NCBI GenBank assembly: GCA_963666735.1
Contig: OY762926.1
Location: 736,001-800,000, forward strand
Length of the DNA stretch: 64,000 nucleotides
Origin: Gemmatimonadota bacterium
GTDB lineage: Bacteria; Gemmatimonadota; Gemmatimonadetes; Palauibacterales; Palauibacteraceae
Direction: 5' to 3'
How positions within the stretch are numbered: position 1 is the first letter of the stretch; every line of letters begins with the position of its first letter. Position numbers and translations under genes: made by a program. This document shows positions 19,785-31,333 of this stretch, one piece after another. Below the pieces are notes generated by a model. The model was not told the origin of the DNA. It saw nothing but the letters and a program-made list of their open reading frames with translations, and ran no database searches.

Positions 19785-19954
19785 AGAGGCTTCGCCTCGT
19801 CGATGAGCATGATCGGGATCCCCTCGTCGACCTCGTACTTCAGACGGCAGCCGTGACAGAGCAGGGCCTCCTCCCCCTCCCCCACGCGGTACTCCAGTTC
19901 GCCCTTGCACTTCGGGCAGGCGAGGATCTCAAGCAGTCTGTCGTCGAGCGGCAT
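19781..19954 (-). CDS. Trm112/YcaR (UPF0434) family zinc-ribbon protein, 57 aa
   Basis: Below the track cut-off. Manual translation: MPLDDRLLEILACPKCKGELEYRVGEGEEALLCHGCRLKYEVDEGIPIMLIDEAKPL. Confidence 0.92.
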   Translation of the reverse strand: MPLDDRLLEILACPKCKGELEYRVGEGEEALLCHGCRLKYEVDEGIPIMLIDEAKPL

Positions 19955-20850
19955 CAGTTCTCCTGCGCGGGCACCCGGAAACCGAGCACCCTAAGATGGT
20001 GCGTTTTCTTGCGCCAGTTGGGGAGGACCTTGACGCGGAGCCGGAGGTAGACCCGCTGCCCGAGGAAGCGTTCGATCTTCCGGCGGGAGCGGATCCCGAG
20101 CTTCCGGATGGTCCTTCCGCCCGCTCCCACGACGATCCCCTTCTGGGATTCCTTCTCCACATGGATCAGCGCCTCGATGTATGTGGGTCTATCCCCCTCC
20201 CGTTCCCGAAACTCCTCGACCCGGATCGCCACCGCGTAGGGGACCTCATCCTCCAGCTCCTCGAGACACGTCTCCCGGATCATCTCGGCGGCGAAGTACC
20301 GGACCGGCGCGTCGGAGAGATCATCCAGCGGGTACAGGGGCGGCGACTCCGGAAGGCGCGCCGACAGCGCTTCGAGCAACTCCGGCACCCCCTCGTCCTC
20401 CGTGGCGCACGTCCCGTGTATCTCGTCCCAGCCGCCGCTCGCGAATCGGCCCCGGAGACCCTCGCCGGCCGACGCCTCCACGCGGTCGATCTTGTTGAGA
20501 CAGAGGATCTTCGGAACACGGACCGCGCGCGCGAACCCACCGGCCCAGTCCAGGCTGGGTTCGAACCCCGCGTCCGCCACGGCCAGCACGAGATCCGCGT
20601 CATCCAGCGCCGCAAGCGCCTCCTCCCTCATGGATCGATGCAGGGTGTAGCGAGGCTCGAGAAGGCCGGGCGTGTCGATGAACACGGCCTGCGAGGCTTC
20701 GTCCGAGTAGATCCCGAGGAGTCGCCGCTGCGTCGTCTGGGCCCTCGGCGTAACGGCCGCGAGCCGCTCCCCGAGGAACGCGTTGAGCAGCGTGGACTTG
20801 CCGACGTTCGGAAGTCCGACGATGGCGACGAAACCGGCCCTGAACGTCAT
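19954..20850 (-). CDS. era: GTPase Era
   Basis: GLPNVGKSTL, AQTTQ, DTPG, NKID, EVPY and KH domain SQKGIVVGAGG. Confidence 0.96.
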   Translation of the reverse strand: MTFRAGFVAIVGLPNVGKSTLLNAFLGERLAAVTPRAQTTQRRLLGIYSDEASQAVFIDTPGLLEPRYTLHRSMREEALAALDDADLVLAVADAGFEPSLDWAGGFARAVRVPKILCLNKIDRVEASAGEGLRGRFASGGWDEIHGTCATEDEGVPELLEALSARLPESPPLYPLDDLSDAPVRYFAAEMIRETCLEELEDEVPYAVAIRVEEFREREGDRPTYIEALIHVEKESQKGIVVGAGGRTIRKLGIRSRRKIERFLGQRVYLRLRVKVLPNWRKKTHHLRVLGFRVPAQEN

Positions 20851-20894
20851 GGGCGAACCACGGGTTGGAGCAGGCCGGCGATGGCGCCGGAAGG

Positions 20895-20922
20895 TTGAAC
20901 AAGAAGATGAGTGACTTGTGGG
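20895..20922 (-). other. 3' arm of pre-16S processing stem (inverted repeat with 22687-22715)
   Basis: tgagtgacttgtggg (20908-20922) is the exact reverse complement of cccacaagtcactca (22687-22701). caagaag/cttcttg extend the pairing. Confidence 0.8.
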
Positions 20923-20961
20923 AGGTCCAGGTGTGCCTTTCTCATCGAAAGGACATCTCCC

Positions 20962-22523
<1,562 letters not shown>

Positions 22524-22686
22524 AGAATTTGGTTTGAGCGCGTTCGGCCGAAGCCGGTCCGCACTCGAGACCTGGTTGAACGCAGAGCACCCCGTCCGGT
22601 CGCGAGACCGCCGGGGATTCACGTTCGGAAATCACTTTGGTTTCCCATCGAGCCACGAGAAGTGATGCCCATGGCTCTCAATCGGG

Positions 22687-22722
22687 CCCACAAGTCACTC
22701 ACACCTTCTTGTCAAAAAGCGA
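22687..22722 (-). other. 5' arm of pre-16S processing stem with boxA-like antitermination sequence
   Basis: The minus strand reads GCTTTTTGACAAGAAGGTGTGAGTGACTTGTGGG. GCTTTTTGACAA resembles rrn boxA, and the arm is complementary to 20895-20922. Confidence 0.65.
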
Positions 22723-22758
22723 TCGCGGAAGGGCGCATGCCCTCCCGCGAGAACCCCA

Positions 22759-22787
22759 AGGCTACCGACCCGGGGGCAGCTTGTCAA
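22759..22787 (-). promoter_or_regulatory. Sigma70-type promoter of the 16S rRNA gene
   Basis: TTGACA (22787-22782), 17-nt spacer, TAGCCT (22764-22759). Confidence 0.75.
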
Positions 22788-22838
22788 TGTTCCGCGAGGG
22801 GTCCGGAGATCGCCCTGAGGGAACGACGGAAATGCGGA

Positions 22839-22915
22839 GGGGTGAGCGACGGGATTCGAACCCGCGACCTCCAGGGCCACAACCTGGCGCTCTGACCACC
22901 TGAGCTACGCCCACC
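22839..22915 (-). tRNA. tRNA-His(GTG) with encoded G-1
   Basis: GGTGGGCGTAGCTCAGGTGGTCAGAGCGCCAGGTT-GTG-GCCCTGGAGGTCGCGGGTTCGAATCCCGTCGCTCACCCC folds as a cloverleaf. CCA is not fully encoded. Confidence 0.96.
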
Positions 22916-23104
22916 GCGTCGTTCGCGCCCCGTCGCGGGGCCGCGAGCGCGACAATCTAGAGGAATGGCGCGTCCCTTGCGAGTCTCCCGCGCCGGCACC
23001 GGGCGGGCGAGGGATTCGGCAGGGTGCGGCGGTGCGGTCTCCGTGGTAACGTGCCTCTCTGTAACGAGGAAACCTCCGGAGTGATCGGCGCGTACGAGCG
23101 AGCG

Positions 23105-23707
23105 ATGACCGAACAGCCCAACGAACCCGGCCGCGGCGGCCCCGAGGGCCCGGCACCTCCGTACGCCGTTGTGCCTCTCGTCGCGGCTTCCCCCCAACCG
23201 CCGGCGGAACAGGCGCCGGACGCCGGCGACCGGTACACGAACGGGGTCGGCTTCGCCCTCTGGTGCTGCGCCCTCGTCGGCGCGTGCGGGATCCACCGCT
23301 TCTATCTGGGGATGTACTTCACGGGCATCATCTGGCTGCTCACGCTAGGTCTTTTCGGCATCGGCCAGTTCTTCGACCTTTTCCGAATGAAACGGCTCGT
23401 GCGGACGGCGAACATCCGCGATGGGTACCTGCCGCACCCTCGCCTCGCCAAGGGCGCCGAACCCTCCGCGCCGTCGCGGCAGCTCGCTTCGGCGGACACC
23501 AAGCAGCAGATCCTGCTGAAGGCGGCGCAGGCGAACGGCGGACTTCTGACGGTGACTCAGGGCGTCCTCGCTTCGGGCCTGAGCTTCGATGAGGTGGAGG
23601 AAGCCCTGCGGGAAATGGTCGTGAAGGGACACGTGGACGTGGACAACGCCGCCGACAGCGGAGTGATCGTGTACCGTTTTCCGGGCCTGGCCGGCCCCTT
23701 CAAGTGA
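23105..23707 (+). CDS. TM2-domain (NINE) membrane protein with C-terminal winged-helix-like region
   Basis: GACGIHRFYLG...GIIWLLTLGLFGIGQFFDLF is the TM2 signature. Start re-called to ATG 23105. Confidence 0.85.
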   Translation: MTEQPNEPGRGGPEGPAPPYAVVPLVAASPQPPAEQAPDAGDRYTNGVGFALWCCALVGACGIHRFYLGMYFTGIIWLLTLGLFGIGQFFDLFRMKRLVRTANIRDGYLPHPRLAKGAEPSAPSRQLASADTKQQILLKAAQANGGLLTVTQGVLASGLSFDEVEEALREMVVKGHVDVDNAADSGVIVYRFPGLAGPFK

Positions 23708-24549
23708 CGAGCCGCCCGCTCCCGCATTCCTCCGAACTCCCGCCCGCCTCCCTCGAGGGATGGTATGTCCTCCATCAGTCGATCGAACTCGACTGGGCCG
23801 GCCTCAGGGGGGCGGATCCGGCGGAGACCCGGGCGGCGCTGAGGAGCTTCGCCGCGCTGGCGGACAGGTGGTCCGGGGGATCGGAGCCGGGCTGGTCCGG
23901 GATCTACCGCGTGGCGGGGGGCGGGATCGATTTTCTCATCCTCCATTTCCGGGACACGTTCGACCGGCTCGTTGAAGCGGTGCGTGAACTGAAGCTCTCC
24001 GCCTGGGGCGATCACGCGCTTGTCCGCGAGGAGTACCTGTCCGTGGTGGAACTGGGTCTCTATTCCCTGACCCGGGAACTTTCCGGGAGGATCGATCCGG
24101 GGGACCGCGAAGCGTGGGACGCGGCCCTGGCGGACGCCCTCGCGGAGGAGCGCCGGAAGGGATACGTGCGGCGCCGGCTCGAGCCGAGACAGCCGGAGCA
24201 CATGCCTTACGTCTGCTACTACCCGATGGACAAGCGCCGCAACCCGGGACAGAACTGGTACCGGCTTTCGCTGGAGGAGCGGGCGGGGTTGATGGCGGCG
24301 CACGGCAGGTTGGGACGGCGCTTCGCGGGCAGGATTTCCCAGGTCATCAGCGGGTCGATGGGCCTGGACGACTGGGAATGGGCCGTGACGCTGTGGGCGG
24401 CGGATCCGATCGAGTTCAAGGCCATCATCAGCGAGATGCGCTACGACGCGGCGAGCGCGGACTTCGCGGAATTCGGTCCCTTTCTGGTCGGAAAGCGGAT
24501 GCCCGGAGCGGAGTACGAGACCCTGCTTTCCTGCGAGGGCGCGCCGTGA
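23704..24549 (+). CDS. chdC: Coproheme decarboxylase (ChdC/HemQ; chlorite dismutase family)
   Basis: EGWYVLHQ, YLSVVELGLY, YPMDKRR..NWY, MxxHGxxGR, GSMGLDDWEW and EMRYD. The YPMxK motif is typical of ChdC. Confidence 0.8.
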   Translation: MTSRPLPHSSELPPASLEGWYVLHQSIELDWAGLRGADPAETRAALRSFAALADRWSGGSEPGWSGIYRVAGGGIDFLILHFRDTFDRLVEAVRELKLSAWGDHALVREEYLSVVELGLYSLTRELSGRIDPGDREAWDAALADALAEERRKGYVRRRLEPRQPEHMPYVCYYPMDKRRNPGQNWYRLSLEERAGLMAAHGRLGRRFAGRISQVISGSMGLDDWEWAVTLWAADPIEFKAIISEMRYDAASADFAEFGPFLVGKRMPGAEYETLLSCEGAP

Positions 24550-26171
24550 CCGGGGTGGCGCGTCCCGTCACGCTCTCGGGACGGCTTAGGGTTTCCGATG
24601 TCGTCGCGGTGGCGCGCGAGGCTTCGACCGTCGCCGAACTGGACGGGGACGCGCGCGAGCGGGTGGAGGCGAGCCGGAACACGGTGGTGGAGGCGCTGGC
24701 CCGGCCCGGGGCCCGGATCTACGGGATCACCACAGGCTACGGGGCGCTTTCCGGAACCCGCATCGCGGCGCCGGATGCGGCCCGGCTGTCGTGGAACCTG
24801 ATCCTCAAGTGCGCGGCGGGGACGGGCCGGCCTCTGCCCGAGGACTGGGTGCGGGCAATGCTGCTCGTCCGGGCGAACTCGCTGGCACTGGGTGCTTCGG
24901 GCGTGCGCCCGGTGATCATCGACACGCTGGTCCGGATGCTGAACCGGGGCGTTACGCCGGTGGTTCCCGGCAAGGGCTCGCTCGGGGCGAGCGGGGACCT
25001 CGCCCCCCTCGCACACATGGCCGCCGTCGCGACCCGCGCCCCCGGGCCGGATCACGGCGCCGGCGGGGGCGAGGGTTCAAGGGCGTTCAGCGGCGAAGCC
25101 TGGTTCGAAGGCCGACGCATGGACGGGGCGAGCGCGATGGCCGCCGCCGGGATCTCCCGCCCGGGCCTGCAGGCCAAGGAAGGGCTGGCGTTGACGAACG
25201 GGACCACCATGATGGTCGCGGGCGCGGCGCTGCAACTCCACGACGCCCGGCGTCTGCTCCTGCACGCGGAGTTGGCGGCGGCGCTGAGCTTCGAGGCGTT
25301 GCTGGCCCGTTCCGCGGCGCTGAACCCGGCGCTGCACGAGGCGAACAACCAGCCGGGACAGATCGGAACCGCGGGGAGGCTGCGGTCGCTCCTTGCCGGG
25401 AGCGGGCTCGTCGATGCGGACGCCGGCCGCGTGCAGGATGCGTACAGCCTGCGCTGCACGCCCCAGGTCGTCGGCCCGGTGCACGACATGGTCGCCTTCC
25501 TGTGGGGGCGAGTGGAAGCATCGCTCAACGCGGTGTCGGACAATCCGCTGGTCTTCGCCGCCCACGGACAGGATCCGGGCGCCGTCGTGTCGGGCGGCAA
25601 TTTCCACGGCGCGGGGCCCGCGCTGTGGCTCGACACACTGGGGATCGCGCTTGCGGACGTGGCGAGCCTGTCGGACCGCCGCGTATTCCGCATGCTGACG
25701 CCGGAACTTTCCGCGGGGCTTCCCGCCATGCTCGTGGAGTCTCCGGGGCTGCACGGCGGCCTGATGTCGCTGCAGTACACGGGGGCGGCGCTCGTGTCCG
25801 ACAACAAGACGCTCGCGCATCCGGATTCCGTCGACTCGATCCCGACGAGCGCGAACCAGGAGGACCACGTGAGCATGGGCGCGAACGCGGCCCGGCACAC
25901 GCGTGAGATCCTCGACAACACGCGCACGGTGCTCGCGATCGAGTTGCTCAGCGCCGCCCAGGGCATCCACCTCCGACCCGAGGGCCCGGATCGACTGGGC
26001 GCCGGCACGCGGGCCGTATACGAGGTCGTGCGCGAGTGCGTCCCCCCGGTGATCGAAGACCGCTCCCTGGCGGAGGATGTCGCACGCCTGGAGGCGGCCA
26101 TCGACGCCGGGACGCTGGAACGGGCGGCCGGCGGCGCCCTGGGCGATCTCTGGTCCCCCGCGCCGCGCTGA
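24546..26171 (+). CDS. hutH: Histidine ammonia-lyase family (MIO) enzyme
   Basis: YGITTGYG, GSLGASGDLAPL (MIO ASG), KEGLALTNG, QDAYSLRC, GGNFHG and SANQEDHVSMG. GTG start at 24546 overlaps the chdC stop. Confidence 0.88.
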   Translation: MTGVARPVTLSGRLRVSDVVAVAREASTVAELDGDARERVEASRNTVVEALARPGARIYGITTGYGALSGTRIAAPDAARLSWNLILKCAAGTGRPLPEDWVRAMLLVRANSLALGASGVRPVIIDTLVRMLNRGVTPVVPGKGSLGASGDLAPLAHMAAVATRAPGPDHGAGGGEGSRAFSGEAWFEGRRMDGASAMAAAGISRPGLQAKEGLALTNGTTMMVAGAALQLHDARRLLLHAELAAALSFEALLARSAALNPALHEANNQPGQIGTAGRLRSLLAGSGLVDADAGRVQDAYSLRCTPQVVGPVHDMVAFLWGRVEASLNAVSDNPLVFAAHGQDPGAVVSGGNFHGAGPALWLDTLGIALADVASLSDRRVFRMLTPELSAGLPAMLVESPGLHGGLMSLQYTGAALVSDNKTLAHPDSVDSIPTSANQEDHVSMGANAARHTREILDNTRTVLAIELLSAAQGIHLRPEGPDRLGAGTRAVYEVVRECVPPVIEDRSLAEDVARLEAAIDAGTLERAAGGALGDLWSPAPR

Positions 26172-27085
26172 GCCCCGGCTGGCTCCTCTGCGAGCCCAAC
26201 GTGAGCGAGGGGCGCGACCCACGCAGGATGGCCCGCTTCGCGGCCGCCGTCGATGAAATTCGCGGCGTCGAACTCCTCCACAGATCGGCCGACCCGGACC
26301 ACCATCGCATGGTGCTCGCCTACCGGGGGGCTCCCGAAGCCGTGGTCCGCGCGACGTCGGCGCTCGCGGGGGCCGTGTACGCCGAAGTCGATCTGCGGCG
26401 GCACCGGGGCGAGCACCCGCGGATCGGCGCACTGGATGTCGTCCCCTTCGTGCGCGGCCCGCGGTGTCCAGAGGCCGAGGCGCTCCGGGCGTCCCGCTCC
26501 TTCGGCGAGTGGGCGGCGGCGCGCTCGGTCCCGGTCTTCTTTTACGAACGGGCCGCGACAAACCCGGACCGGACTTCCCTTCCCGGCATCCGGTCCGGAC
26601 AGTTCGAGGGTCTGGCCGGGAAGTTGTCACACCCCGGATGGAGGCCGGATCTCGGTCCTCCGGCCCCCCATCCGTCGCTCGGCGCCGTCGTCGTCGGGGT
26701 GCGAGAGGCCCTCGTGCGCTTCAACGTGAACCTCGACACGACAGATCCGGGACCCGCTCGCCGCATCGCCGCGGCGATCCGGGAATCGGGCGGCGGGCTG
26801 CCGTACGTCCGCGCACTCGGAATCCCGCTGCGGCGGAGGGGATTGACGCAGGTGTCCATGAACCTGACCCGCTACGCCGTGACCGGGGTTCGCACGGCGT
26901 ACGAGCGCGTCGCCGAAGGCGCGCGGGCGGAGGGTGTGGCGCCGGCGGGTTGCGAGTTCATCGGTCCGGTGCCTGCGGAGGCGATCCGCGGCCTCGACCT
27001 CTCGCGACTGGACGCGGATGTCGCGCCGGACCAGATATTGGAGTTGCCGCGGACCCGAGACAGCGGAGAGGGAGGAAGGGGATGA
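26168..27085 (+). CDS. ftcD: Glutamate formiminotransferase (no cyclodeaminase domain)
   Basis: [31 protein letters not shown] and QVSMNL. The start is placed at CTG 26168 in a CTGA overlap with the hutH stop. Confidence 0.88.
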   Translation: MSPGWLLCEPNVSEGRDPRRMARFAAAVDEIRGVELLHRSADPDHHRMVLAYRGAPEAVVRATSALAGAVYAEVDLRRHRGEHPRIGALDVVPFVRGPRCPEAEALRASRSFGEWAAARSVPVFFYERAATNPDRTSLPGIRSGQFEGLAGKLSHPGWRPDLGPPAPHPSLGAVVVGVREALVRFNVNLDTTDPGPARRIAAAIRESGGGLPYVRALGIPLRRRGLTQVSMNLTRYAVTGVRTAYERVAEGARAEGVAPAGCEFIGPVPAEAIRGLDLSRLDADVAPDQILELPRTRDSGEGGRG

Positions 27086-28740
27086 AACCGGCCGGACCGA
27101 TCCGGGCGCCGAGGGGAACGACGCTTTCGTGCAAGGGATGGCACCAGGAGGCGGCCCTCCGGATGCTGATGAACAACCTCGACCCGGACGTGGCGGAGCG
27201 CCCCGGAGACCTCGTCGTGTACGGGGGCGCGGGCAAGGCGGCGCGTGACTGGGCCGCGTACGCGAAGATCGTGGAGACGCTGCGCCGGCTGGAGAACGAC
27301 GAAACCCTGCTCGTCCAGAGCGGGAAGCCGGTCGGCGTGTTCCCCACCCACGACGAGGCGCCGCGCGTGCTCATCGCGAACGCCCACCTCGTCCCCCGCT
27401 GGGGGGATATCGACGAGTTCCGGCGTCTCGATGCCCTGGGACTCACGATGTACGGGCAGATGACCGCGGGTTCGTGGATCTACATCGGCACGCAGGGGAT
27501 CCTCCAGGGGACCTACGAGACGTTCGCGGAAATCGCGCGGCAGCACTTCGGGGGTTCTCTCGCGGGACGGCTCGTGGTGACCGCCGGGTTGGGGGGGATG
27601 GGGGGCGCCCAGCCGCTCGCCGCGACGATGAACGGGGGGGCCTTCCTCGGGGTCGAGGTCCGGGAGGACCGCATTCGCCGGCGCCTCGACACGGGCTACT
27701 GCGACCGCATGACGACGGACCTCGACGAGGCGCTGGAGTTGCTCTCCGCCGCCATGGACCGGGGGGAGGCGCTCTCGGTGGCCCTGCTCGGGAACATCGC
27801 CGAAGTCCTGCCCGCGCTCGCGGAGCGCGGCGTCGTGCCCGACGTGCTCACGGATCAGACCTCGGCGCACGACCTCCGTCTCGGCTACATCCCGGCGGGC
27901 CTGTCCGTGGAGGAGGCCGAGGCGCTGAGCCTCTCCGACCCGGACGCATACGTCGAGCGGGTCCTCGATTCCATGGTGACGCACGTGTCGGCCATGCTCG
28001 CGCTCAGGGCGCGAGGAGCGATCGCGTTCGACTACGGGAACAACCTTCGCGGCCAGGTGGCCGACCTGCGCGGCATGGCGGAGGCCTTCGACATTCCCGG
28101 CTTCGTGCCGGCCTTCATTCGACCCCTTTTCTGCCGGGGCGCGGGCCCCTTCCGCTGGGCCGCCCTCTCCGGCGATCCCGAGGACATCGCGGCGACGGAC
28201 GCGGCGGTCCTCGAGACGTTCCCGGAGAAGGAGGCGCTGGGCCGCTGGATCCGCCAGGCGCGCGAGCGGGTGCGCTTCCAGGGTCTCCCCTCCCGCATCT
28301 GCTGGCTCGAGTACGGCGAACGGGCGGAGATGGGAGAGCGCTTCAACTGGCTCGTGCAGACGGGACGGGCGCGGGCGCCCATCGTGATCGGGCGCGATCA
28401 CCTCGACACCGGCTCCGTGGCTTCGCCCAATCGGGAGACGGAAGGGATGCGGGACGGTTCCGACGCGATCGCCGACTGGCCGCTGCTGAACGCGATGCTC
28501 AACACCGCCTGCGGGGCGAGCTGGGTCTCGATTCACAACGGGGGCGGCGTGGGCATCGGGTATTCCACCCATGCGGGCATGGTGTGCGTCGCCGACGGGA
28601 CGGCATCCGGCAGCCGGCGGCTGGAGCGCGTGCTCACGGCGGATCCGGGCACCGGAGTCATGCGACACGCCGACGCGGGGTATCCGGAAGCGATCCGCAC
28701 CGCCCGCGAGCGCGGCGTCGACCTTCCCATGCTCGAATAG
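27082..28740 (+). CDS. hutU: Urocanate hydratase
   Basis: [47 protein letters not shown] and RHADAGY. ATG at 27082 with GGAGG upstream. Confidence 0.97.
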   Translation: MKPAGPIRAPRGTTLSCKGWHQEAALRMLMNNLDPDVAERPGDLVVYGGAGKAARDWAAYAKIVETLRRLENDETLLVQSGKPVGVFPTHDEAPRVLIANAHLVPRWGDIDEFRRLDALGLTMYGQMTAGSWIYIGTQGILQGTYETFAEIARQHFGGSLAGRLVVTAGLGGMGGAQPLAATMNGGAFLGVEVREDRIRRRLDTGYCDRMTTDLDEALELLSAAMDRGEALSVALLGNIAEVLPALAERGVVPDVLTDQTSAHDLRLGYIPAGLSVEEAEALSLSDPDAYVERVLDSMVTHVSAMLALRARGAIAFDYGNNLRGQVADLRGMAEAFDIPGFVPAFIRPLFCRGAGPFRWAALSGDPEDIAATDAAVLETFPEKEALGRWIRQARERVRFQGLPSRICWLEYGERAEMGERFNWLVQTGRARAPIVIGRDHLDTGSVASPNRETEGMRDGSDAIADWPLLNAMLNTACGASWVSIHNGGGVGIGYSTHAGMVCVADGTASGSRRLERVLTADPGTGVMRHADAGYPEAIRTARERGVDLPMLE

Positions 28741-28756
28741 CGGCCGGCTCGCCGCC

Positions 28757-29989
28757 ATGCCGCGCCTCACGAACATCGGCTGTCTCGCCACCTGCGCGAA
28801 CCCTGCCGGCCAGGACGACATCGGGCTCATCCGGGATGCCGAACTCGTGTGGCGGGATGGAATCGTCCTGTGGGCCGGGCCGGCAGCCACGCTGCCGGCG
28901 GAATACCGGCAGGAACCCGAGTGGGACGCCGGAGGGCGCCTCGTCATCCCGGGGCTCGTGGATGCACATACACACCTCGCCTTCGGCGGTTGGCGAGCGG
29001 GCGAGTTCGCGGACCGCATCCAGGGTCGGGACTACCTCGAGATCGCCGCCGCCGGAGGCGGAATCAAATCGACGGTGCGGGCGACCCGGGCACTCGACGA
29101 AAATGCGCTCCTCGACCGCTCACGGGAGTTCCTGTCCGGGATGGTCTCGCTCGGGATCACGACGGTCGAGGCGAAGAGCGGGTACGGGCTGGACCTCGAG
29201 ACGGAGCTCCGACTCCTGCGGGTTTACCGGCGACTCGCCGAGATGGGACCTGCGCGGATCATCGCGACGTGCCTCGCCGCGCACGTCGTCCCGCCGGAAT
29301 GGGCCGGGGACCGGGCGGGCTACGTCCGACTCATCACCGAGGAGATCCTGCCGGCAGTGGCCGAGGAGGGGCTGGCGGATTTCTGCGATGTGTTCGTCGA
29401 GGATTCGGCCTTCTCCGCCGCCGAGGCGCGGCGGATCTGTGAACGGGGATCCGAACTGGGGTTACGCCCGAAGCTCCATGTGGATCAGCTCACAGACGGC
29501 GGCGGGGCCAAACTCGCCGCGTCGCTCGGGGCCGCGTCGGCGGACCACCTGGAGTACGCGTCGGAAGCCGGGATCGAAGCGCTCGCGGCGGCCGGCGTCG
29601 TCGGGGTCACCCTTCCTCTCGCCAACCTCTACCTGAACCAGGCTCCGCCTCCTGCCCGGGCTCTCATCGACGGGGGCGTCGCGGTGGCGGTGGCCAGCGA
29701 TTTCAACCCCGGCACGGCCCCGTGCTATCACCTTCCCTTCGCGATGACGCTCGCGTGCACCCGACAGCGGATGGCGCCCGCCGAAGTGCTCAAGGGCGCG
29801 ACGCGCTACGCGGCCCGGGCCCTCGGCCGCGAAGGTGAAGCGGGATCGCTGGAGCCGGGAGCCGCGGCCGACTTCGCGGTCATCGATGCCCCGGACGTGG
29901 AACACTGGATCTACCACCTCCGGCCCAACGCGTGTGTTGCCACAGTGATGGGCGGTGAGATCCGACACGGCGGTCTCCGGGGAGCGTAG
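28757..29989 (+). CDS. hutI: Imidazolonepropionase
   Basis: PGLVDAHTHL, EAKSGYGL, HVDQL, SADHLE and SDFNPG. ATG at 28757. Confidence 0.95.
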   Translation: MPRLTNIGCLATCANPAGQDDIGLIRDAELVWRDGIVLWAGPAATLPAEYRQEPEWDAGGRLVIPGLVDAHTHLAFGGWRAGEFADRIQGRDYLEIAAAGGGIKSTVRATRALDENALLDRSREFLSGMVSLGITTVEAKSGYGLDLETELRLLRVYRRLAEMGPARIIATCLAAHVVPPEWAGDRAGYVRLITEEILPAVAEEGLADFCDVFVEDSAFSAAEARRICERGSELGLRPKLHVDQLTDGGGAKLAASLGAASADHLEYASEAGIEALAAAGVVGVTLPLANLYLNQAPPPARALIDGGVAVAVASDFNPGTAPCYHLPFAMTLACTRQRMAPAEVLKGATRYAARALGREGEAGSLEPGAAADFAVIDAPDVEHWIYHLRPNACVATVMGGEIRHGGLRGA

Positions 29990-30010
29990 ACGGCTTCGCG
30001 GCGCCCGAAG

Positions 30011-31333
30011 TCAGGCGCCGGGATCCACAACGGCATCGAGCGGGGCGGCGCCGCCATCCAACCCGATGACCGCACGGTTCCAACCGCCGTCCTGCCGGCG
30101 GACGAGGCGCAGCATCTCCGTCGCGGCGTCGAGCAGGTCCGCGGCAATCAGCTTGCCGGCGTAGCTCTCCCGGATCGTGCGCACGGGCGTGTGTCCGACG
30201 ACGTGAATGGCGGCATCGAAACGCTCCAGGACGGCGTCGAGGTGGCCCCCGAGCGTGTCGGCGAGCACGAGATCCCGATACCAGAGCACGCTCTCCGGTC
30301 CGAAGAAGAAGTCGTACCGGCGGTAGATCTGGGCCGAATCGAGCCGGGTTTCGCGCGCGAATTCCTCGAGGAACGCCGCGTCCCGCCATCTCGTGAACAG
30401 CGGCTCCGCGATGAAGGTCTCCAGGGTGTCCTGGTACTCCTCGAGCGAGACGTCGACGTATGCCGGACTCACGCCCCCGTGCGCGAGCAGCAGGTCCCCC
30501 AGTCGAACCAGCCCCGGCTTGGCGGCGATCCAGCGTCCGAGAACGGAACGGCCCGGGTCGAACAGCGCCTCGTAGGACATGCCGTGCCAGTCGCCGATCG
30601 TCTGTTCCTTCGGCGCCACGTAGCGCAGGTCGCCGGACAGGACCATCGCTTCATGGTTGCCGAGGAGCGTGATGACCCGGCCGCCGGCCGCGTGCGCCTC
30701 CCGTTCCAGGCCGTAAATGAACCAGAGGAGGCGGGTCACGTCTTCCCCCCGGTCGAACAGGTCTCCGAGAAAGGCGACGACGGCGCGGCCGCCCGTCCAG
30801 CGCCGTTCCGCGTCGATCAGGCCGGCCACCCCGAGCAGCGAGACGACGCGGTCGAACTCGCCGTGCACATCCCCGAACACGAACACGGAGTCGTGCCCGC
30901 CGAGGTCGACTTCCGGCGAAGGAGGCTCCACCCGGATCCGGGTTCGGTGCAGGGCCGTGGCCCCCCCGGCATCGTCCGGCTGTTCCGCCCCGTATTCGAG
31001 CGTGATTTCGGGCGCCCGGACCCGCAGGCGAACCGCGTGTGCGTACCCGCGGTCCGTCCTTTGCTCATCGACCACTCGTCCATCCACGATCGCCCGGACC
31101 CGCCCGGACCGCACTTCCTCCGTGATCCAGCGCACGTCGAGACCGCGTCCGGTGAACGCGACGTAGAGTCCGTATTCCCCCGCCAGGCGCAAACCGGCCT
31201 GTCCCGTTGGCGGGAGGGACCCGGCCCGTCGCGGCCCGTCGCCGGAAGCGGGCGCGGAGGCGCCGGTCCACCCCACCCCTGCGACGGCGACGGCACAGTA
31301 CAGGAGACCGGACACCCGGCGGGGGAGCTTCAG
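30011..31333 (-). CDS. Secreted metallophosphoesterase, Shewanella-like (Shelph) PPP-type phosphatase
   Basis: GDVHG, GDLFDRG, GNHE, AHGG, a WYR motif and VVGHT. The N-terminus MKLPRRVSGLLYCAVAVAGVGWTGASA is signal-peptide-like (CTG 31333; alternative GTG 31315). The track ORF is over-extended to 32620. Confidence 0.85.
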   Translation of the reverse strand: MKLPRRVSGLLYCAVAVAGVGWTGASAPASGDGPRRAGSLPPTGQAGLRLAGEYGLYVAFTGRGLDVRWITEEVRSGRVRAIVDGRVVDEQRTDRGYAHAVRLRVRAPEITLEYGAEQPDDAGGATALHRTRIRVEPPSPEVDLGGHDSVFVFGDVHGEFDRVVSLLGVAGLIDAERRWTGGRAVVAFLGDLFDRGEDVTRLLWFIYGLEREAHAAGGRVITLLGNHEAMVLSGDLRYVAPKEQTIGDWHGMSYEALFDPGRSVLGRWIAAKPGLVRLGDLLLAHGGVSPAYVDVSLEEYQDTLETFIAEPLFTRWRDAAFLEEFARETRLDSAQIYRRYDFFFGPESVLWYRDLVLADTLGGHLDAVLERFDAAIHVVGHTPVRTIRESYAGKLIAADLLDAATEMLRLVRRQDGGWNRAVIGLDGGAAPLDAVVDPGA

